From assembly GCA_031414775.1 (NCBI GenBank), contig JANOQI010000024.1, positions 32,001 through 96,000 on the forward strand: a stretch of 64,000 nt of DNA. Reading direction: 5' to 3'. The stretch comes from Synechococcales cyanobacterium VAR_4_metabat_354 (GTDB lineage: Bacteria > Cyanobacteriota > Cyanobacteriia > Cyanobacteriales > Chamaesiphonaceae). This document shows positions 9,518 to 19,681 of the stretch, in pieces; within the stretch, counting starts at the first letter, position 1; each line of letters opens with the position of its first letter. The notes beneath the pieces were generated by a model. The model ran no database searches. It saw nothing but the letters and a program-made list of their open reading frames with translations, and had not been told where the DNA came from. A program made the translations under genes and the position numbers.

Positions 9518-9550
9518 GCCTGATCAATATTGCTACTAAACCGCCATCAG

Positions 9551-10630
9551 CTAAGCTTCGGGTTCTTCATCCTCTTCCTCCGCCTCCAACTCGGCAGACT
9601 TCAGCGAATTAGCCGAGACCGCAACCCCCGCATTTAATTTATCCCACACCAGTTTTTGCACTTGAGCGGCCACATCGGGCTTCTCTTCCATGTATTTAAT
9701 AGTGTTATCTCGGCCTTGGCCAATATTGTCGCCGTTATAGCTATACCAGGCACCACGGCGAGTAATGATCCCCATTTCTTCAGATAAATCGACCAAACAA
9801 CCCAGAGTAGAGATACCTTTACCAAAAATAATATCAAATTCAGCAATCCGAAAAGGTGGTGCTACCTTGTTCTTGGCTACTTTCACCTTCGCCCGAATGC
9901 CATATTCTCCTTCATTAGCTCTTTTGAGAGTCTGAATCCGGCGAATATCCAGCCGCACGGAGGCATAAAACTTAAGCGCATTACCACCAGTAGTGGTTTC
10001 TGGGCTACCGTAGGTAATCCCGATCTTCTGACGGAGTTGGTTTAAGAAAACTACTGTACAGCCAGACTTTGCGATATTACCAGTAATTTTGCGCATGGCT
10101 TGACTCATCAACCGCGCTTGCAAGCCCATGTGGGAATCCCCCATATCTCCTTCGATTTCTGCTCTGGGCACCAAAGCGGCTACAGAATCAATGACCACAA
10201 TATCGACGGCGGAAGAGCGGACTAACTGATCAACGATTTCCAGGGCGGCTTCGCCAGAATCGGGCTGGGCAACCAAGAGATTATCTACATCTACACCTAG
10301 TACTGATGAATAGGAAGGATCGAGGGCATGTTCGGCATCGACAAAGGCGGCTACGCCGCCCGCTTTTTGGACTTCGGCGATCGCATGAAGCGCCAGGGTG
10401 GTTTTACCAGAGCTTTCTGGACCGTAAATTTCAATGATCCGTCCCTTGGGTAAGCCGCCACCCAAAGCAATATCCAAAGTCAGAGCACCACTGGAAATGG
10501 TTTCCACCTTCATGCGACCAGCATCACCCAGCCGGACGATCGCCCCTTTGCCAAAGGATTTTTCAATTTGGCTGAGAACTAAATTTAATGCTTTTTCTCG
10601 ATCGGTATTCGTATTATTTGTGGTTGCCAT
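9551..10630 (-). CDS. recA: Recombinase RecA
   Basis: GPESSGKTT Walker A, DAEHALD and [17 protein letters not shown]. Start MATTNN at 10630. Confidence 0.99.
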   Translation of the reverse strand: MATTNNTNTDREKALNLVLSQIEKSFGKGAIVRLGDAGRMKVETISSGALTLDIALGGGLPKGRIIEIYGPESSGKTTLALHAIAEVQKAGGVAAFVDAEHALDPSYSSVLGVDVDNLLVAQPDSGEAALEIVDQLVRSSAVDIVVIDSVAALVPRAEIEGDMGDSHMGLQARLMSQAMRKITGNIAKSGCTVVFLNQLRQKIGITYGSPETTTGGNALKFYASVRLDIRRIQTLKRANEGEYGIRAKVKVAKNKVAPPFRIAEFDIIFGKGISTLGCLVDLSEEMGIITRRGAWYSYNGDNIGQGRDNTIKYMEEKPDVAAQVQKLVWDKLNAGVAVSANSLKSAELEAEEEDEEPEA

Positions 10631-10650
10631 AGCTTGCAGAAGGTGCAGAC

Positions 10651-10667
10651 AGTACATGGGTATTATA
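10651..10667 (-). promoter_or_regulatory. recA -10 box (TATAAT) overlapped by a putative cyanobacterial LexA box
   Basis: The minus strand reads TATAATACCCATGTACT. AGTACATGGGTATT (10651-10664) is one mismatch from RGTACNNNDGTWCB. Confidence 0.65.
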
Positions 10668-10797
10668 CTAGCAGCAAATGTCTCTGTTCACAATTTTAGG
10701 GATCTGGATATCGATGTCTAGATATCCAGATCCAACAGCAGCACCTACAATGTAAAAACTGATCTTAGCCAGTTCTTAGCCCGTCACTGAGCTGCCA

Positions 10798-12375
10798 GTG
10801 AATATTCACGAATCTAAAAAAAATTTGTTACCAGTTCTCTCTCCAGATTCTCATAGATTCCTTAAACTTCTGCTAGCTCTAGGTAGTGGCTTCTTGATGG
10901 GACTTACCGTGTCTCCGATCAATGCCTGGTACCTAGGCTGGGTGGCGATCGTCCCCTTGTGGATCTTAGTCGTGCGGCATCCCCGTTCCGGGGCGGTGGG
11001 TTATGGTCTGTGCTGGGGCATTGGCTATCACGGCTGGGCACTATCCTGGATTTTGGGTGTCCATCCGATGACCTGGATGGGGGTGCCTTGGCTGACTAGT
11101 TTGGCGATTGCCATTGCTTGTCTGGTGCTAATCACCCTGTGGGGTGCTGCTGTTGTAACCCTATGGGCGTTGGGGTTGAGCTGGATTAGCCGTTATGTTA
11201 AGCTCCGGCCACTCATCCGGGTGCTGACCGGAACAGCTTTATGGTGTGGCATTGAGTATCTTTGGAGCCAAAGCGACCTGTGGTGGTCTACCTTAGCCCT
11301 CACCCAAAGCCCCTATAATTTGCCGATTTTACATTTGGGGCAGCTTTCGGGTGGCAGTACCGTGACTGCGATCTTGGTGGCTGTGAATGGCTTGATCGCC
11401 GAAGCGCTCATGATTAACTGGAAAACTCAGCGGCGATCGGCTATTTCTCTGGCCAGTGCTGCCGCGATCCTGTTGTTCTCCGGCCATTTAATCGGCACGC
11501 TCCTGGCTCAAGTACCGCTGCCCACATCAGCAGCTACTGCCCTCCAAGTAGGGATTATCCAGGGCAATATTCCCAACGAAATTAAGCTCTATGCCGACGG
11601 TCAGCAACAAGCTATGACCAACTATACCGAGGGTTACCGGAAACTAGTAGCCGAAAAAGTCCAGGTAGTTTTGACCCCGGAGGGTTCTTTACCTCTGTTG
11701 CCAGATGCCATTAAACAAAGCGAGTTATACGAAGCCATCCTGGAACAAGGCATTCCCATGTGGCTGGGGGCTTTTGGCGATGCGGGTCAAAATTATACTA
11801 ACAGTTTGCATTCGATCGATAGCCAAGGAAATTTTGTGGGTCGTTACAACAAGCAAAAACTAGTGCCATTAGGTGAATATGTACCTTTTAAAGAAGTGAT
11901 TGGCAAATGGATTAAACGAATGTCTCCCCTACAGGCTGATCAAATCAAAGGTACTAAAGACCAAATATTTGATACTCCTTTTGGTCGGGCAATCGTGGGG
12001 ATTTGCTATGAATCAGCCTTTGGTGAGCATTTTCGTAGGCAAGCCCACCAGGGTGGCGAATTTATTATCACCGCTTCTAATAATGCCCACTACGCGGCGG
12101 CCATGCCCGCCCAGCACCATGCTCAGGATGTGATGAGATCGATCGAAACCAGTCGTTGGGCAGTCCGCGCTACCAACACCGGCTATTCAGCAATCGTCGA
12201 TCCGCATGGGCATACTCCCTGGCAATCGGCTCTCCATGAATTTGTCACCCACAGTCACAAAATTTACCGCTTGCGCACCCAGACCCTCTATGTTCAGCTT
12301 GGTGATTGGCTTACCCCGACACTCTTGATCATGACCCTGGCCTTACTCGGGGCTACCCATTTTCGTCATATTTAA
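10798..12375 (+). CDS. lnt: Apolipoprotein N-acyltransferase
   Basis: Multi-TM N-terminus, IIQGNIP, YNKQKLVPLGEYVP, ICYES and RATNTGYS nitrilase-fold motifs. Confidence 0.95.
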   Translation: MNIHESKKNLLPVLSPDSHRFLKLLLALGSGFLMGLTVSPINAWYLGWVAIVPLWILVVRHPRSGAVGYGLCWGIGYHGWALSWILGVHPMTWMGVPWLTSLAIAIACLVLITLWGAAVVTLWALGLSWISRYVKLRPLIRVLTGTALWCGIEYLWSQSDLWWSTLALTQSPYNLPILHLGQLSGGSTVTAILVAVNGLIAEALMINWKTQRRSAISLASAAAILLFSGHLIGTLLAQVPLPTSAATALQVGIIQGNIPNEIKLYADGQQQAMTNYTEGYRKLVAEKVQVVLTPEGSLPLLPDAIKQSELYEAILEQGIPMWLGAFGDAGQNYTNSLHSIDSQGNFVGRYNKQKLVPLGEYVPFKEVIGKWIKRMSPLQADQIKGTKDQIFDTPFGRAIVGICYESAFGEHFRRQAHQGGEFIITASNNAHYAAAMPAQHHAQDVMRSIETSRWAVRATNTGYSAIVDPHGHTPWQSALHEFVTHSHKIYRLRTQTLYVQLGDWLTPTLLIMTLALLGATHFRHI

Positions 12376-12442
12376 GGACGGTTGATGGCAGCGGCATATT
12401 TCTCCCGATACAATTTAAAAGATATTAAAGTCAATCACAATC

Positions 12443-13330
12443 ATGGCAGACAAACTTATCCGCGCAACAGCAGCTGACGGTGGAATTCGGGTCGTCGGTG
12501 CCATCACCACCAAGCTTACCGAAGAAGCCCGCCATAGACACAAACTATCTTATGTAGCTACCGCTGCTTTGGGGCGCACGATGACTGCAGGACTGCTCTT
12601 TGCTTCTAGCATGAAAAAAGCCGATTCTCGCGTCAATATCCGGATCAAAGGCCAAGGCCCTTTGAAAGGTATTTTGGTTGATGCCGGACTCAATGGCACC
12701 GTGCGCGGCTATGTGGGTAATCCTTCGATCGAACTCCCCCCCAACGACCAAGGCAAATTAGATGTGGGTGGGGCGGTGGGCAAACGCGGCTATCTGTACG
12801 TAGTGCGAGATAACGGCTCGGGTTATCCATACACCAGCACCGTCGAGCTGGTTTCGGGGGAAATTGGTGACGACTTAACCCACTACCTCGCTACTTCGGA
12901 GCAGACTCCTTCCGCTTTAATTGTGGGGGTGTTTGTGGGTGCTGATGGCGTGGGAGCTGCTGGGGGTTTATTGATTCAGGTGTTGCCCAAAGCTGCCACC
13001 GACGAAGCTTTAGTTGAGTTATTGGAATCGCGCTTGCAGGCTGTCCAAGGCTTCACCCCGATGCTTCAGGCTGGCCAAACCCTACCGCAAATGATGGAAA
13101 GTATCTTAGGTGATTTGGGTCTAGAAATTTTTCCGGAAGTGCAAATGCTGAAATATCATTGCGGCTGTACGTTCGATCGCATGACCATTGCCCTCAAAAT
13201 GTTGGGTCGCCCGGAATTGGAAGACATGTTAGTCACTGACAAAGGCGCAGAAGTGACCTGTGATTTTTGCAACAACATCTATCAGTTAGATGAGCAGCAG
13301 CTAGCTAACTTAATCACAGAATTATTGTAA
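12443..13330 (+). CDS. hslO: Redox-regulated chaperone Hsp33
   Basis: ALGRTMTA, YLATSEQTPS and the C-terminal CxC...CxxC zinc centre (HCGCT, TCDFC). Confidence 0.95.
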   Translation: MADKLIRATAADGGIRVVGAITTKLTEEARHRHKLSYVATAALGRTMTAGLLFASSMKKADSRVNIRIKGQGPLKGILVDAGLNGTVRGYVGNPSIELPPNDQGKLDVGGAVGKRGYLYVVRDNGSGYPYTSTVELVSGEIGDDLTHYLATSEQTPSALIVGVFVGADGVGAAGGLLIQVLPKAATDEALVELLESRLQAVQGFTPMLQAGQTLPQMMESILGDLGLEIFPEVQMLKYHCGCTFDRMTIALKMLGRPELEDMLVTDKGAEVTCDFCNNIYQLDEQQLANLITELL

Positions 13331-13501
13331 AATTAGAGAGTTACTTTAAGTAAGATTTTAACTCCATTTAATTTCATTCCAAGTTTATTTGGTATTCTTA
13401 ATACCAGACTTTTGTTACAGCTAGTTAGGGTAACTATCTGATTCACTATTTGGTACCTTGACAGGTGACAAGAAGAAAATCACAATAGTCACCTGGATAT
13501 T

Positions 13502-15382
13502 TTGCAGTTTGCAGGAAGAACGGCGTTGCCAAAAACAGATTTGCGCTTTAACTTCGATCAGGCAACAACTATCACTAAACAGGTAGTTTCTCAAGTTCCC
13601 AAATGGTTGAATAAGCCCTTCATTCGGAGCTGGCCATTTTGGGCATTGATTACCTGTACCTTATGTGGCGGCATGGCTTATGTTTCTCTGGGGATGTTGC
13701 TCAATCCGAAAGCCGTTCCGAATTGCCCAGAGCTCTTCTTGCCGATGGCCTCGTCTTCTTTGCGAGTCTATTGTGGTCAAGCTGCTGCTAGCAAACAGAC
13801 CTTAAAAGACTTAGCTGCGGCTTTTAAATTTGTCAAAGATATTCCCAAAGACGATCCGCTGCGTAGTTATATTGATACCAATATTCAGAAATGGTCGATC
13901 GATATATTACGTCTAGCAGAGGCTTCTTACCAAGAAGGCAAGATTGATGAAGCGGTTTCCATGGCTAAATTGGTTCCATCCCATGTTTCAGCTTATAAAA
14001 GATCTAGTAAACGCATTAAATTCTGGCAGGATACCTGGAAAGAAGCAGAAGGCATTTATCAAAAAACTGAAAACCTACTCCGTAATTCTAATTGGGTAGA
14101 AGCCTCTCAGATCGCCACCAAAATTAACAAGCTTGGTAATGATTACTGGACGAATGTTAAATATCGAGATTTGGCTGCTAAAGTCGATCAAGCTGAGAAA
14201 GACAGTACTCAGCTCGATCAAGCTCGTCAGCTAGTAAAAAGTAATAGCCTGAAGGACTTATTGGCTGCAATTGCCATTGCCAAAAAAATTGGTAACCAAA
14301 GCTATGCCTTTAAAGAAGCTCAAGGCTTAGTTGCCCAGTCAGGGATGCAAATGTTAGAACTGGCCAAGGTGCAACTCTATCAAAATAATTGGAAAGCCGT
14401 TCAAGAAATTACTAAGCAAATTCCTACTAGTCCAGCCCTCCAAGCAGAGATTCAAGATGTGAAAGCGATTGCTGACGCTCAAGCGGCAGCCAACAATAAT
14501 ACGATCGGTGACTTGGAAATAGCCGTTAGCCTGGTTCAGTCAGTGAAGTCCCAAAGCACAGTCTATGGACGCGCCCAAGGATTGTTAAAGGTCTGGCAGC
14601 TGGAAACGCAAGGTTTAGCCTACCTGCAACGCGCTAAAAATATGGCCGCAGTGGGCAAGGTTGTAGATATAGAAGCAGCCATTAAGGAAGCTAGTCAGAT
14701 TCCAGCGAACAACCCCCGGGCGGCGGAAGCCGCTACCGCGATCGCTGGCTGGCGCAAGCAAATCCAAATAGTTCAAGACAAACCCTATCTGGATGCAGCT
14801 GATCAATTAGCCAGTGCTGGCAATATTCAATCTCTCCAGCAAGCTATTGCTCAACTCCGACCATTGACTCCAGACAGGGCCCTGTACATGGATGCTCAGC
14901 AAAAAATTGGTCGCTGGACAGCCCAAATTCAAAAGATGCAAGATGCGCCTATTTTAGAAAATGCGGAACTGCAAGCTCGGAATGGCAATATCCCCCTAGC
15001 AATTTCTACGGCTAATCAGATTGCTCAAGGTCGGGCACTCTATAAACAAGCCCAAGCCAGAATTAGTGAATGGAATGGTAACACGCAAGCCAGACAGCGG
15101 TTGTCTGATGCCCAGGAGCTAGCGAATCAAGGTACTCCAGAAGCGCTGTTGGGGGCGATCGAAGCCCTGAAAGAGATTCCTACTAGTTCCAGCGCTTACC
15201 AGTCAGCCCGAGTTGCCGCCAATAATTGGAGTGGCGAATTATTGCGCCAAGCCCAAGATGTGGCTAACTACGACTTAGGTCGAGCTATTGCGATCGCCAG
15301 GGTGATTCCGGCTAACTCGACCGCTTATCCTTCAGCTCAGCAGGCTATTAAGCAGTGGGAAACGCCCCAAAATGGATTCTAA
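13502..15382 (+). CDS. Membrane-anchored alpha-helical repeat protein of unknown function
   Basis: One N-terminal TM segment, PNCP...RVYCGQ motif, then repeated A..A..IP...Y..AQ..I..W units. No Walker A motif. The TTG start is uncertain. Confidence 0.7.
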   Translation: MQFAGRTALPKTDLRFNFDQATTITKQVVSQVPKWLNKPFIRSWPFWALITCTLCGGMAYVSLGMLLNPKAVPNCPELFLPMASSSLRVYCGQAAASKQTLKDLAAAFKFVKDIPKDDPLRSYIDTNIQKWSIDILRLAEASYQEGKIDEAVSMAKLVPSHVSAYKRSSKRIKFWQDTWKEAEGIYQKTENLLRNSNWVEASQIATKINKLGNDYWTNVKYRDLAAKVDQAEKDSTQLDQARQLVKSNSLKDLLAAIAIAKKIGNQSYAFKEAQGLVAQSGMQMLELAKVQLYQNNWKAVQEITKQIPTSPALQAEIQDVKAIADAQAAANNNTIGDLEIAVSLVQSVKSQSTVYGRAQGLLKVWQLETQGLAYLQRAKNMAAVGKVVDIEAAIKEASQIPANNPRAAEAATAIAGWRKQIQIVQDKPYLDAADQLASAGNIQSLQQAIAQLRPLTPDRALYMDAQQKIGRWTAQIQKMQDAPILENAELQARNGNIPLAISTANQIAQGRALYKQAQARISEWNGNTQARQRLSDAQELANQGTPEALLGAIEALKEIPTSSSAYQSARVAANNWSGELLRQAQDVANYDLGRAIAIARVIPANSTAYPSAQQAIKQWETPQNGF

Positions 15383-15391
15383 ATACAATTG

Positions 15392-16894
15392 CTATAGTAG
15401 CTGTTGAATTTGTCGAACTACTGTTAGAGCAGAGTAGCTAACTCCTGCCGTCCCTTCTCCAGGATGAGTGGAATCGCCGACCAACCACAGGCCATCGATC
15501 GGTGTGCGATTAGCAATGCCAAAGGGACCGAAATTGGATACCCGCTGACCTACTCCCCCCACAAACCCATTCAGCCGCGCTGTGTAACGCTCAAAAGTTT
15601 GAGGGGTACCCGCTTCGCAGACTTTAATTAGTTCTGGGGTGAGCTGAAAATAACTAGACAGTCGATCGATCGCCGTTTTGGTATATTCAGCCTTCAAAGC
15701 TGCCACATCAGCGGTAGGGTCATACCACTTATGAGGATTAGTGAAAGAAGAAGCAATAATAGTAGCCTGACCCTCCGGTGCCCGACCATCCCCTGGCTTA
15801 CTCACCGAGACAAAGAGAGAGTTATTTTCGCCAATAATTTGCTGCTCATCATACAAGAATTGCAGATGCGGTGGGCAATGAGCCGGAATGGCCGCTTGAT
15901 CGACTCCTAAATAAATCACAAAAGCCGCTGAAGGGGTGGGTAGTTTAGCGGTGTTCGATCGATAGCTTCCCCACCAATAAGATTTTTGAGCAAAATCGCC
16001 CTGCACTAATTCCACCAGGTTCTGCACGGGTACATTGGCTACTATCTGGTCAGCAGTTTCTAGCCAAGTGCGCTGCGCTGACTGCACAGTTACCCCAGTG
16101 GCTTTTGATCGATCGGTTTGAATATCGATGACCCGATGACGCATCAGTAATTTACCCCCATCCCGCTCTAGCGATGCCACCAATCGATCGCTCAGCACCT
16201 GCATACTCCCTTGCAGATGATAGAGACCTTGGGGCGCTTGCGAAACCCCTAAGGCGGTAGCAGCATAGAGTAAAGCTGTTTCAGCCGCAGTGACTTGGGA
16301 ATAAAGCTTCAACTGTAGATCAAGAAACAGTCGTAATCGTTTATGATTGGCTAATCCAAACCATTTCAGGGCATCACCAACAGTGGCTAAGGTAAAAGGA
16401 ACAGTCAAAAAAGTATTAGGACGCAAAGCCGCTAGCAGTTGACCAACATCCCACAGATTACGCGGTGGCAACACTGGATCGCGAGACTGGAATTCCCAGC
16501 TAATCGCAAACAACTTAGCCATAAACTGCCAGAAAGGCTCACTGCCAGGAAATTGCCGTTGTCTTTCCTGTCGCCATTGGTCGGGATCGCGCCAGATGTT
16601 GATGGGTTCAGTTTCACCAGGCAAGAAGACGGCACAGGCTGGATCGCAAAAGGTAGCAGCGGGCAACTCGATGTCTAGTTCTTGAAAAATTCGATGATGA
16701 ATGCCACCTGGTTCCAGGCCAGCTACTTGGGTTGCGCCCACGTCAAAGGTGTAGCCTCGACGCTGAAAGGTGGAAGCACAGCCGCCCGGCACAATTGCCT
16801 GATCGAAAACTATTACTTCATGGCCATACTTGGCTAACAGGGCGGCACTAGTTAATCCGCCGATTCCTGCCCCAACAACCGCAATTTTTGCCAT
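15392..16894 (-). CDS. crtD: Carotenoid C-3',4' desaturase (CrtD, myxoxanthophyll pathway)
   Basis: VVGAGIGGL FAD motif, FDVGATQVAGLEPGGIH and LVGDSTHPGEGTAGVSYSA, typical of cyanobacterial CrtD. Confidence 0.85.
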   Translation of the reverse strand: MAKIAVVGAGIGGLTSAALLAKYGHEVIVFDQAIVPGGCASTFQRRGYTFDVGATQVAGLEPGGIHHRIFQELDIELPAATFCDPACAVFLPGETEPINIWRDPDQWRQERQRQFPGSEPFWQFMAKLFAISWEFQSRDPVLPPRNLWDVGQLLAALRPNTFLTVPFTLATVGDALKWFGLANHKRLRLFLDLQLKLYSQVTAAETALLYAATALGVSQAPQGLYHLQGSMQVLSDRLVASLERDGGKLLMRHRVIDIQTDRSKATGVTVQSAQRTWLETADQIVANVPVQNLVELVQGDFAQKSYWWGSYRSNTAKLPTPSAAFVIYLGVDQAAIPAHCPPHLQFLYDEQQIIGENNSLFVSVSKPGDGRAPEGQATIIASSFTNPHKWYDPTADVAALKAEYTKTAIDRLSSYFQLTPELIKVCEAGTPQTFERYTARLNGFVGGVGQRVSNFGPFGIANRTPIDGLWLVGDSTHPGEGTAGVSYSALTVVRQIQQLL

Positions 16895-17060
16895 GAGTTT
16901 TCGTTACATTTCTTGAAATTATAACGAAAACCTTGCTCAATGGCAGACGGACAGGGACTGAATCAATCTAAAAATATTACTAGTCTGGAAAGTTGCCTAA
17001 TCTATCTGTTGATAGATACTACATCATCAGTTTTATCGATCAACATCTACCAGCAAAACC

Positions 17061-18356
17061 ATGTCATTCAGAAAAAGCCCTGTTCCCAAACAGATATCAG
17101 TAAATCAGACCCTGCGAATTGTCGCCTTTATCAACTTTATCAACGCTTTGAGTCTGATTGCCTTGATTCTCAACATTTATGATTATGGCAAGCATTTTGG
17201 ATTGAGTGACTTTGAAACTAGTTTTTTGTTTGCGATTTATGCGATTGCCCAGTTTTTTGCGGCTCCGATTATTGGTAAATTGTCCGATCGATTTGGTCGT
17301 AAACCACTACTAATTATTAGTTTGGCTGGTACCATCGTCGCCAACTTGATTATTGGTAATGCTCATACCGCCTGGGTGCTATTTGTTGCCCGGTTCTTAG
17401 ATGGCATCACTGGCGGCAATATCTCCGTGGCTCAAGCAATTATTACCGATATTACTAAACCGGCAGAACGGGCGCGGGCATTTGGTATATTTGGGGCATC
17501 CTTAGGTATAGGCTTTGTGGTGGGTCCATTGATTAGCTACTTTACAACACCAGTCTCGATCGGAGCACCTTTTGTGGTCTCGGCATTTTTGGCATCGATC
17601 GCCTTGGTCTTAACCATTTGGCTACTACCAGAAACTCTCAAAACTACTGTTCCTCCCACTAGTGACACCTTTGACTGGGGACTAAAAAATATTCTGGCTG
17701 GTTTTGCTCTTCCTGGCGTGGGCACTTTATTAATCTTAACTTCTCTGACTAGTGCTACTTTTGGCATGTTCACCTTCGCCTTCCCCGCTTACTACTTCAA
17801 AGTATTGGGTCAAAATCAGTGTTCTTTTGACTTGTTGTTTTTTTGTTTTGGGTTAATAGGTGCTGTAATGCAAACTCTCGGTATCAAGTTTTTAATCAAA
17901 AAGCTCAGTTCCAGCAAAATTATGTGGCTGGGTTTATTGTTTCGGAGTGTGTGCTTTGCCCTGATGCCACTTGTGCCGAATCTTGTTTACTTTATCGTAG
18001 TGAGCTTAGTCTTCTCAATTTTCAATTCCTTAGTGCAGCCGATGATCAGTAATTTGATTTCGTTGAATAGTAAACCTACCGAACAGGGGATGACTGCGGG
18101 GTTAAATGCGGCCTATGTTGGTATTGCTACTGGCTTAGGACCAGTGCTGGCGGCTTTGCTCATTGATAAAAAAACGATTGTAACTGCTGAAAAAATAGCT
18201 AAAGAAACTGGCACAGTAGTTAATATACATAGTTATGCTAGCTATTCTTTCCCGCTATATTTTGCTAGCATTTGTGCTTTTATAGTATTGTTGTGGGCTG
18301 TTTACCAGCAGCATCAATATCACCAAGTGGCTCAACCTCTGACCAGAGAATGTTAG
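17061..18356 (+). CDS. MFS transporter, TetA/DHA1-like (copy 1)
   Basis: Motif A GKLSDRFGRKP, ARFLDGITGGN and about 12 TM segments. Confidence 0.9.
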   Translation: MSFRKSPVPKQISVNQTLRIVAFINFINALSLIALILNIYDYGKHFGLSDFETSFLFAIYAIAQFFAAPIIGKLSDRFGRKPLLIISLAGTIVANLIIGNAHTAWVLFVARFLDGITGGNISVAQAIITDITKPAERARAFGIFGASLGIGFVVGPLISYFTTPVSIGAPFVVSAFLASIALVLTIWLLPETLKTTVPPTSDTFDWGLKNILAGFALPGVGTLLILTSLTSATFGMFTFAFPAYYFKVLGQNQCSFDLLFFCFGLIGAVMQTLGIKFLIKKLSSSKIMWLGLLFRSVCFALMPLVPNLVYFIVVSLVFSIFNSLVQPMISNLISLNSKPTEQGMTAGLNAAYVGIATGLGPVLAALLIDKKTIVTAEKIAKETGTVVNIHSYASYSFPLYFASICAFIVLLWAVYQQHQYHQVAQPLTREC

Positions 18357-18378
18357 CCCTGTTATCCCGAAATAACTA

Positions 18379-19623
18379 ATGAGTCCAGCCCTGCGCATTG
18401 TCACCTTCATCAACTTTGTCAACGCTCTCAGTTTTACGGTATTAATTCCCAATATCTATGGCTATGGCCGACATTTTGGCTTAAGTGATTTACAGACCAG
18501 TTTTTTGTTTGCAATCTATTCGATCGCTCAGTTCTTTGCCACCCCAATTATTGGGAAGCTATCTGACCGCTTTGGTCGCAAACCATTACTGATAATTAGT
18601 TTGGCCGGTACGATCGTTGCTAACTTTATTGCTGGTACGGCTAGCACTGCCACCGTGCTATTTATTGCCCGTTTTTTAGATGGCATTACTGGCGGCAACG
18701 TCTCAGTTGCGCAAGCCATTATCACCGACATTGCCAAACCAGAGGAGCGTGCCCGGGCTTTTGGTCTATTTGGGGCATCCTTGGGTGTTGGTTTTGTGAT
18801 GGGGCCATTAATTAGCTTCTATGCCACCAAAATCTCGATCGGAGCACCTTTTTTGGCATCTTCTATTTTGGCGACGATCGCCCTCATTTTGACGGTTTGG
18901 CAACTACCAGAGACGCTTAAAGTAAAGACTCTTCAGACTGGCGGCTTTTTCGACCTGGGGCTAAAAAATATCATTTCTGGCTTGGCCATTCCAGGAGTTG
19001 GAGCACTGTTGATTGTCACTTTTTTGACTGGTATTACTTTTACCATGTTTACCTTTGCCTTCCAGCCTTACTATCTCAAAGTCTTGGGGCAAGATATTTC
19101 TTCGATTAGTCTGCTGTTTTTTAGTTTCGGTGTTCTAGGAGTTTTGATGCAAACTCAAGGTATTAAACTTCTGACTAAAAGGCTTAGTCCTACTCGGATT
19201 ATGTTTCTGGGGCTATTTTTTCGCAGTGCTTCCTTCGCCCTAATGCCGGTAATTCCCAATATTATTTACTTTGTGGCCGTGAGCCTGGTCTTTTCGATTT
19301 TCAACTCCCTGGTACAGCCAATGATTAGTACCCTGATCTCGATCAATACCAAACCCTCTGAACAGGGAATGACTTCCGGTCTCAATGCCGCTTATTTAAG
19401 CATTTCTAACGGCATTGGCCCCATTCTGGCGGCTCTGCTCATTGACCAAAAGACTATTACAGCTGCCGAAAAATTCGCGAAAGAAACTGGCACAGCGGTT
19501 ACTGTACATAGTTATGCTAGCTACGCCTACCCCTTGTATATTGCAGGGATTTGTACTTTTGGGGTGTTGTTCTTGGCTATTCGATCGCAACGCCAATATA
19601 GTAACCCAACTCCGGATGTGTAA
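18379..19623 (+). CDS. MFS transporter, TetA/DHA1-like (copy 2)
   Basis: Same motifs as the upstream gene and collinear with it over the full length. Confidence 0.9.
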   Translation: MSPALRIVTFINFVNALSFTVLIPNIYGYGRHFGLSDLQTSFLFAIYSIAQFFATPIIGKLSDRFGRKPLLIISLAGTIVANFIAGTASTATVLFIARFLDGITGGNVSVAQAIITDIAKPEERARAFGLFGASLGVGFVMGPLISFYATKISIGAPFLASSILATIALILTVWQLPETLKVKTLQTGGFFDLGLKNIISGLAIPGVGALLIVTFLTGITFTMFTFAFQPYYLKVLGQDISSISLLFFSFGVLGVLMQTQGIKLLTKRLSPTRIMFLGLFFRSASFALMPVIPNIIYFVAVSLVFSIFNSLVQPMISTLISINTKPSEQGMTSGLNAAYLSISNGIGPILAALLIDQKTITAAEKFAKETGTAVTVHSYASYAYPLYIAGICTFGVLFLAIRSQRQYSNPTPDV

Positions 19624-19628
19624 AGGAC

Positions 19629-19652
19629 AAAAAAAGAGAGCGATCGCCCTCC
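19629..19652 (-). terminator. Intrinsic terminator after psbQ, with HIP1 at the hairpin centre
   Basis: Minus strand GAGGGC-GATC-GCTCTC-TTTTTTT. Confidence 0.6.
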
Positions 19653-19681
19653 TGTAATAGATTAAATTAAAAAGTTAAAAG

